This document shows positions 8,294-13,898 of a DNA stretch of 13,898 bases, piece after piece. This DNA is from Candidatus Methylomirabilales bacterium (GTDB lineage: Bacteria; Methylomirabilota; Methylomirabilia; Methylomirabilales; CSP1-5), in assembly GCA_046758505.1 (NCBI GenBank), contig JBHIAH010000069.1, positions 1 to 13,898 on the forward strand, read 5' to 3'. Numbering within the stretch: position 1 is the stretch's first letter; each line of letters opens with the position of its first letter. Below the pieces are notes generated by a model, which was not told where the DNA came from, searched no databases, and saw only the letters and a program-made list of their open reading frames with translations. The translations under genes were made by a program, and so were the position numbers.

Positions 8294-9601
8294 ATGCACA
8301 GGATGTGGTCGATAGTTCCGGTGCCGATCCTCCTCGTGGCGGTGGGCACGAGTTGGGCGGGGCCCCCCAAGCCCAAGGCGATCTTTTATTATGACGCACA
8401 GGGCAAGGTGGCCCGCCAGGAGCTCGACACCAACAGCGACGGCACAATCGACGTCCGGATCTTCTACGCCAAGGGCCAGATCGACCGCCAGGAAGAGGAC
8501 CGCGACTTCGACGGACGGGTCGATATGTGGTCGTTCTATCTCGGCGGGAAGCTCGACAAACAGCGAGTGGACACCAACAAGGATGGCAAACCCGATGCCT
8601 GGTACTTCCTCGGCCCCGACGGACAGGTGAACCGGGCCTGGAAGGACACCGACTTTGACGGCCACGTGGACTTCTGGGGGTATTACCGTGGCCAGCAACC
8701 GGAGCGGTACGAACAGGACCTGAACAAGGATGGCAAACCGGACCGGTTCCTCTTTTTTGTGCAGGGCACGCTCGCCCGCATGGAAGAGGCGGGGAACCGG
8801 GACGGCAAGATCACCCTGCGGGTATCCTATGACGCGCACGGCGTGGTCACCCGGAAGGAAGAGTTTCGCGGACGGAGGAGCACCCCCCACCTGGTGAGCA
8901 TTTACGAGGGAGGCACCCTCGCCCGCCAGGAAGAAGACAAAAACGGCGATGGCCGGATCGACCTGTGGCTCTACTACGACCGGCAGGAGCAGCTCGTCCG
9001 GCGGGAGGTCGACGGCAACGGGGATGGCAAGCCGGACCTGTGGGCCCATTACAGCAACGGTGAGGTCGTCCGGCAAGCCGAAGACCCCAAGGGGACCGGA
9101 CGGCCTACGCTGATCTACCACTTCGAGGGCGGAAAGCTCGTTCGGCGAGAAGAGGATCGCCAGGGGCGGGGGAAGCCGGACCTGATCGCATATTACGACC
9201 ACGGCACGATTCGGAAGCAGGTGGAGTTCCGCCACGCCGGATCCGAGCCAGACGTCATCACCGAGTTCGAGAACGGCAAGTCGGTCCGCCAGGATATCTC
9301 CACCAAGTCGAACGGCGTCCGGGATCTCCGCCGGATTTTCAAAGGCGATCAGGTCTTGCGGGAGGAGGCCGATACCAACGGCGACCGAAGGCCGGATGTG
9401 TGGGTCTTTTACAGGCAGGGGGTCAAGGTCACCCAAGAGGAGGACTCGAACTTCGACGGGCAGCCTGACGTCCGGTACCGCTTCCAGCGGGGGCGGGTGA
9501 CCGCAAAGGAGATTTTAACCGACCAGGGATCGGAGGCAACCCCTCAACGGACGATAGGGGAAAGGGGTCAACAATCAGCGGTCAGCACGCAGCAACAGTA
9601 A
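8294..9601 (+). CDS. Exported protein made of about 15 repeats of ~24 aa with Dx[DN]xDGxxD (putative Ca-binding) loops
   Basis: Signal peptide (…ILLVAVGTSWA|G). Repeats DTNSDGTID, DRDFDGRVD, DTNKDGKPD, DTDFDGHVD, DLNKDGKPD, DKNGDGRID, DGNGDGKPD and DSNFDGQPD, plus degenerate copies, each followed by xWxxYxxGxxxRxE-like strands. Start is 8294 or 8303. Confidence 0.87.
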   Translation: MHRMWSIVPVPILLVAVGTSWAGPPKPKAIFYYDAQGKVARQELDTNSDGTIDVRIFYAKGQIDRQEEDRDFDGRVDMWSFYLGGKLDKQRVDTNKDGKPDAWYFLGPDGQVNRAWKDTDFDGHVDFWGYYRGQQPERYEQDLNKDGKPDRFLFFVQGTLARMEEAGNRDGKITLRVSYDAHGVVTRKEEFRGRRSTPHLVSIYEGGTLARQEEDKNGDGRIDLWLYYDRQEQLVRREVDGNGDGKPDLWAHYSNGEVVRQAEDPKGTGRPTLIYHFEGGKLVRREEDRQGRGKPDLIAYYDHGTIRKQVEFRHAGSEPDVITEFENGKSVRQDISTKSNGVRDLRRIFKGDQVLREEADTNGDRRPDVWVFYRQGVKVTQEEDSNFDGQPDVRYRFQRGRVTAKEILTDQGSEATPQRTIGERGQQSAVSTQQQ

Positions 9602-9776
9602 CGCTTTCAGCTATCAGCAGTCAGCTGTCAGTAATCATAGGCCAACAGCGAGAAGGCCGGAAAGCGAGAACGCGAGGAGGCTGAGAGGATTATCAGCCCT
9701 TGGCCTTCCAGCCTGCTAGCCTCCCAGCATTCCAGCGGCTGATTGCTGACCGCTCAGTCATTGCTGACGGCTGATA
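9566..9776. repeat. Nested inverted tandem-repeat element E (outer NNTCAGC/GCTGANN heptamers, inner GCNRGAAG/CTTCCAGC-like octamers)
   Basis: Outer left arm 9566-9632, inner left 9648-9687, inner right 9705-9736, outer right 9738-9776. Confidence 0.85.
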
Positions 9777-9798
9777 TAGGGGCCAGCGGGGGAGTTCG

Positions 9799-11316
9799 AT
9801 GCCGAAGGGTCACTACATAGCGTTCCTGGTGATCGTGGGGCTCCTGATTTCAGGATGCGCCACCACGACAGGCACCGGGACGGCGCAGACCCCACCGTCT
9901 CACGGGGGCCGGTCGTCGGTGGGGCTCGGCGTCAGCGGGGGGACCGGGGGCTTCGGCGTCTCGTCCGGCGTGGCGATCTCCCCCAACCAGGATCCCGTCG
10001 CGAATTCTGCCATGATGGGAGCGGCCATCGGGGCCCTCGGCGGGCCGATCGGCCTCGGGGTGGGGGCGCTCTTGGGATACTTCCACGGGCTGAACGCGCG
10101 GAAACGGATGGAGAAACAAGCCCGGTCAGAGATGCTCCGACAAGAGCAGATCGACAAGATGCTCGAGCAGCAGATCGAGGCCAAGCGGCAAGGAGGGAGC
10201 AGCGGGATCATCCTCCTCGAGGATCACCTGGCGCCGGAGCGTTCCGTCGCTCAGACCGCGCCAGCCGGTGCTTCTTCCTCATCATCCGGAGAGGGGCTCA
10301 TCGAGCTAACCGATCACCTCACCCCGCCCAAGCCCCAAAGCGCATCCGTCGCGGCTCAACAGACCCCGAGGCCGGCGCCGGCAGGCGCAGTGCAGGCCCC
10401 CGGAAGCGCAACGGGATTGGCGGTTTCCAAAGAGGAGGACGAGGCAACGCGGAGGCTCGAAGCGGAGATCGCGGCTGCCCGGGAGCGGAAGCGAAAGCTG
10501 GTCGCTCACCTCAAGAGTGCTCCGGCCGGTGGGGATCCGGCGCGGAGCGCGGGCAGTCCCGCTCCCCCGCCGCTCCCGGCGATCGACCCGGAAGGATTCC
10601 GGCCGATATACGCGGGGGGGACGCTCATCCGGAAGGAACGGGATGTGAACGGGGATGGCAAGCCGGACATCCTTCGATACTATGACGGAACCGGGAAGCT
10701 CCTCCGCCAGGAAGAGGACAGCCGTCTCACGGGTCACATCGACACCCGGACTTTTTATGAGGCCGGCCACCCGGTCCGCAAGGAATCCGATACCAACGGA
10801 GACGGAAGGGTCGATCTCTGGGCCTTCTATGACGCGGCGGGGGACCTCGTCCGTACCGAGGCCGACACCGACCACGATGGCCGGCGAGATCGCGTAATTC
10901 GATACGCCAAAGGAGAGATGGAAGAAGAGGAGCGCTACAGCGCAGACCTCGATTCCCCCCAGATGGTCATCACCTATGCCAAGGGTCACCCGGCCCGCAA
11001 GACAGAGGACACGGACAAAGACGGCCGCATCGATCGGGTGACCGAGTACGACGGGGCGGGCCATGTCACCAAGGTCTCCCGGAACCCCTCCGGAGACGGC
11101 ACCTTGACCCTCTTTGCGTACTACCAGCCGGAGACCGGAGACGTCCTGCGGGAAGAGGAGGATCTGAACGGGGACCGCAGGATTGATGTGATCTCGTATT
11201 ACGAAGGGGGCCGCCTCGTCCGGCGGGAGTTCTTTGAGCTTCCCGAGGTCGCCGCGCTCAAACCGCGCCTCTCGATTCCACACTTGCCGTCGAATGCGGA
11301 GCAACAGCAACCATGA
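9799..11316 (+). CDS. Lipoprotein with glycine zipper, predicted coiled coils and about 8 C-terminal Dx[DN]xDGxxD repeats, 505 aa
   Basis: GGGGAG SD; lipobox LISG-C20; GAAIGALGGPIGLGVGALLG; repeats DVNGDGKPD, DTNGDGRVD, DTDHDGRRD, DTDKDGRID, DLNGDRRID and degenerate copies. Confidence 0.88.
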   Translation: MPKGHYIAFLVIVGLLISGCATTTGTGTAQTPPSHGGRSSVGLGVSGGTGGFGVSSGVAISPNQDPVANSAMMGAAIGALGGPIGLGVGALLGYFHGLNARKRMEKQARSEMLRQEQIDKMLEQQIEAKRQGGSSGIILLEDHLAPERSVAQTAPAGASSSSSGEGLIELTDHLTPPKPQSASVAAQQTPRPAPAGAVQAPGSATGLAVSKEEDEATRRLEAEIAAARERKRKLVAHLKSAPAGGDPARSAGSPAPPPLPAIDPEGFRPIYAGGTLIRKERDVNGDGKPDILRYYDGTGKLLRQEEDSRLTGHIDTRTFYEAGHPVRKESDTNGDGRVDLWAFYDAAGDLVRTEADTDHDGRRDRVIRYAKGEMEEEERYSADLDSPQMVITYAKGHPARKTEDTDKDGRIDRVTEYDGAGHVTKVSRNPSGDGTLTLFAYYQPETGDVLREEEDLNGDRRIDVISYYEGGRLVRREFFELPEVAALKPRLSIPHLPSNAEQQQP

Positions 11317-12524
11317 GTCGGCCCACCATCTTCGCCCTGTGTTTCTCGTGCGTCGTCCTCGGCCTCACCCCCGCCTGGGGCGTCGAGACGGGCACGCGCG
11401 TCACGATCGGTATCGAGGCCCCAGACGACGGGGCAACCATTACCGGACCGAGCCAGGTCACCATACGCGGCCAGGCCCGCGCCTCGCGGGACTACAGGCC
11501 GGCCCAGTTCGACCTCATGCTGATTCTGGACACCTCGGGAAGCACCCGGGCCCCAGCCGGGGTGCAGACCGTGGGCGGGTTCGGCAACAACGCGTCGATC
11601 CTGGCGGCAGAAGTGACCGCAGCGGAGCGCCTCCTCGAAAGGCTGGATCCCAGGAGCACCCTGGTCGGGATCATCACCTTCGCCGGTGCCTATAACCACT
11701 TCACCGGCCAGGGGATCCCCAACAGTCCCGGCGCGTTCCTGGACCAGCCCCTGACGGCGAATTACCAGGATGTCCGGATGGCGCTTCGGCGCGTCCTCCG
11801 CCGCGGGCCCGAGGGGGGGACGAATATGGCGGCCGGCGTCCGCCTGGCCGTTCGAGAGCTGGCGGCCCTTGACGGGGCCATCAGCCATCCCCGACCGGAG
11901 AGCCGGAAGGTGGCCCTCCTTCTCAGTGACGGCTTCCCCACCCTGCCCTTCGGCCACGTGAATAGCATGGACCCGAGCGACGTGGAGGTGGCGATCCGCG
12001 CAGCCAGTGTCGCCTCCAGGGGCGAGATCACCATTCACACCTTCGCCCTGGGGATCGAGGCCCTCTCCGCGCCCTACGCCATGACGCAGACCGCCCGCAT
12101 GACGGGGGGGACGTTCACGCCGCTTCAAAGACCGGGAGAAATTATCGAGGTCTTGCCCAAGACCTCCTTTGCCGACCTCGATATGGTCCTCGTCACCAAT
12201 GCGACGACCGGCCAACCGGCCAGCGATGTGGCGGTCAATCCCGATGGCCGCTTTCAGGCCACGGTTCCCCTCACGTCCGGTGTCAACCAGATCGCCGTGA
12301 CCGTCCTTGCCACGGACGGGACGAAGGGCTCCGCCTCGGTGCGGGTGCGGTACACCAAGGGGGAGTCGCTGCACCTCGAGGTGCAACAGGAAGAGAAAGA
12401 CTTGGAGCTTCAGCTCCGCCAGCTCAAGGAGGAAAATCGCAAACTCGAAGAGGCCGTAAAGCAGAAACAGGCGGAAGAAGCGCGCAAGAAAGCCTTAGAG
12501 CTCGAGATCGGCCTCGACCGCTGA
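11313..12524 (+). CDS. Secreted von Willebrand factor A (VWA) domain protein with Ig-like segments and C-terminal coiled coil, 403 aa
   Basis: ATGA overlap with the upstream stop. Signal peptide (…LTPAWG|V). MIDAS DTSGS (D73), GGTNMAAG, LLLSDG, ITIHTFALG and ARMTGG. Glu/Lys/Leu-rich helical tail. Confidence 0.92.
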   Translation: MSRPTIFALCFSCVVLGLTPAWGVETGTRVTIGIEAPDDGATITGPSQVTIRGQARASRDYRPAQFDLMLILDTSGSTRAPAGVQTVGGFGNNASILAAEVTAAERLLERLDPRSTLVGIITFAGAYNHFTGQGIPNSPGAFLDQPLTANYQDVRMALRRVLRRGPEGGTNMAAGVRLAVRELAALDGAISHPRPESRKVALLLSDGFPTLPFGHVNSMDPSDVEVAIRAASVASRGEITIHTFALGIEALSAPYAMTQTARMTGGTFTPLQRPGEIIEVLPKTSFADLDMVLVTNATTGQPASDVAVNPDGRFQATVPLTSGVNQIAVTVLATDGTKGSASVRVRYTKGESLHLEVQQEEKDLELQLRQLKEENRKLEEAVKQKQAEEARKKALELEIGLDR

Positions 12525-12542
12525 GAGAGAGGAGGAGTCGTC

Positions 12543-13433
12543 GTGGTCACACGCCTATCGCGTCTCGGACGGGTCGTCATCATCGTCCTCCCGCTCCTGG
12601 TGCTACCGGTCGTGGGGTGGGGACAGAAGCCGCCCGCGCAGGTACCCGCACCGGCACAGCAGGGGCTCGTGCTGGGCACCCGCGACACCGTGTTCAGCCT
12701 CTACCTCAAGGGAGGTGTGGTGATGCACTTCATCACCCTCTGCTCCGTCTTGGCACTGGGGGTTTTTCTCGAGCGGCTGACCAACCTCCGCAAGCGGAAG
12801 ATTATCTCTCCCCAATTCCTCGAGGAGATCCGCCGCCACTGGTACCGCCGGGAGATCACAGAAGCCATCGCGGTCTGCAAGTCGTATAACATCGCCATGG
12901 CCCGGATCCTCCGGGCCGGCCTGCTCCGGTTTGCCCAGGGGATGAAGGAGGTCGAGCATGCCATCCAGGACGCCGGGCGGCGGGAGGCCACCCTCCTCCG
13001 CAAGAACCTCGGGCTCCTCGCCTTCCTGGCCAATATGGCCCCCATGCTCGGCCTCTTCGGGACGGTCCTCGGGATGATCAAGTCCTTCGACGCCATCGCC
13101 ATCTACGGCCAGCAGGGCAACGTGAAATTCGTGGCCGGCGGCATTGCCGAGGCCCTGATCACCACCGCATGGGGGCTCATGGTGGGGATTCCGGCGCTGG
13201 GCCTCTACTACTATTTTCGACGAAAGATCGAACTGCGGGTCACGGAAATGGAGGCGGTCTGCGTGAGCTTTCTGGAGGATCTGGCCGTCCACCAGGCGCA
13301 GGCGCCCTCGCCGGTGCGGGAACGAGCACCGGTGATGGCACCCACCCGCGCCCGGCCGACCGAGCGACGGGGGAATCAGCCTGAAAAGCGATGGGACGGG
13401 GCCCCAGGCTTTAAACCACTCTCGTCAGAGTGA
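12543..13433 (+). CDS. exbB: MotA/TolQ/ExbB proton channel protein
   Basis: GTG after AGGAGG. KGGVVMHFITLCSVLALGVFLER TM1, APMLGLFGTVLGMIKSF and GGIAEALITTAWGLMVGIPA. Confidence 0.94.
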   Translation: MVTRLSRLGRVVIIVLPLLVLPVVGWGQKPPAQVPAPAQQGLVLGTRDTVFSLYLKGGVVMHFITLCSVLALGVFLERLTNLRKRKIISPQFLEEIRRHWYRREITEAIAVCKSYNIAMARILRAGLLRFAQGMKEVEHAIQDAGRREATLLRKNLGLLAFLANMAPMLGLFGTVLGMIKSFDAIAIYGQQGNVKFVAGGIAEALITTAWGLMVGIPALGLYYYFRRKIELRVTEMEAVCVSFLEDLAVHQAQAPSPVRERAPVMAPTRARPTERRGNQPEKRWDGAPGFKPLSSE

Positions 13434-13450
13434 GGGGGAGGAGGTCCACG

Positions 13451-13846
13451 ATGCAGTTCGAAGAGCCGGACGAGGAGCAGGCAGGGATCAGCCTGACATC
13501 GTTGATCGACGTCGTCTTCCTCCTCCTCATCTTCTTTATGGTCACGTCGTCCTTCATCCAGTTCCAGCGAAAGCTGGACCTCGAGCTGCCGGAAGCCAAG
13601 GCGGCCGACGTGCAGCGGAAGGAGCGGAAGCCGATCACGATCGAGATGGACAGGGGGGGACGGATCACGCTGGACGGACAGGTGGTGAGCCTCCGGACGT
13701 TGGAGACGAGGCTCAAGCGATTTCAGGGGAAGCGCACCGCCGCCATCGTCCGGGCTGACCGACGCCTGACCCACGGGAAGGTCACGGCCGTCCTGGGGCT
13801 CTCCCGGGATGCCGGGATCCGCGATATCGCCATCGCGGTGAAATGA
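13451..13846 (+). CDS. exbD: ExbD/TolR biopolymer transport protein, 131 aa
   Basis: ISLTSLIDVVFLLLIFFMVT TM with the conserved Asp, LPEA and IVRADRRLTHGKV. ATG 13451 after GGAGG is preferred over GTG 13430. Confidence 0.94.
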   Translation: MQFEEPDEEQAGISLTSLIDVVFLLLIFFMVTSSFIQFQRKLDLELPEAKAADVQRKERKPITIEMDRGGRITLDGQVVSLRTLETRLKRFQGKRTAAIVRADRRLTHGKVTAVLGLSRDAGIRDIAIAVK

Positions 13847-13898
13847 CCGGACCGGGGGACCCCCGCGAGGAGCATCCGCGCACGAGGAAGGGCTGGGA
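13843..13898 (+). CDS. Possible start of next operon gene (partial, MTGPGDPREEHPRTRKGW…)
   Basis: ATGA overlap with the exbD stop and open to the window end. Too short to identify. Confidence 0.4.
   Translation, partial: MTGPGDPREEHPRTRKGW

Noticed and set aside
8294..11316. Rhs/YD-repeat toxin or FG-GAP integrin-alpha propeller
   Set aside because: YD dipeptides occur, but there is no Rhs core (DPxG) junction or toxin tip. The ~24-aa period is far shorter than FG-GAP blades.
6387..13774. Long minus-strand ORFs (6387..7100, 8246..9436, 10306..11310, 11199..12386, 12603..13292 and others)
   Set aside because: Antisense to well-supported plus-strand genes that have motifs, signal peptides and, in most cases, SD sites.

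Overview
GC-rich bacterial window with three parts. (1) A minus-strand acyl-CoA operon: carboxyltransferase (pccB-like), biotin carboxylase, biotin carrier protein, and the N-terminal part of a methylmalonyl-CoA mutase. The mutase runs off the left edge and is absent from the ORF track, which shows only its antisense shadow. (2) A divergent single-domain DivK/CheY-type response regulator behind a near-perfect sigma-54 promoter, then tRNA-Leu(GAG) with a sigma-70 promoter and about 545 nt of structured non-coding DNA. (3) A plus-strand, apparently co-transcribed envelope cluster: glycine-zipper lipoprotein, TonB/TolA-like protein, two exported proteins built from ~24-aa Dx[DN]xDGxxD repeats (one a glycine-zipper lipoprotein), a secreted VWA/MIDAS protein whose VWA domain appears inserted into an Ig-like domain, ExbB/TolQ, ExbD/TolR, and a possible further ORF cut by the right edge. 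No TonB-dependent receptor, TolB or Pal is visible in the window. This cluster is the best candidate for an undescribed proton-motive-force-energised surface or adhesion system. Five intergenic spacers hold inverted arrays of short tandem repeats: GGTTCAT/ATGAACC heptamers, and NNTCAGC/GCTGANN heptamers with a nested octamer array. All calls come from reading the sequence by eye; no searches were run.
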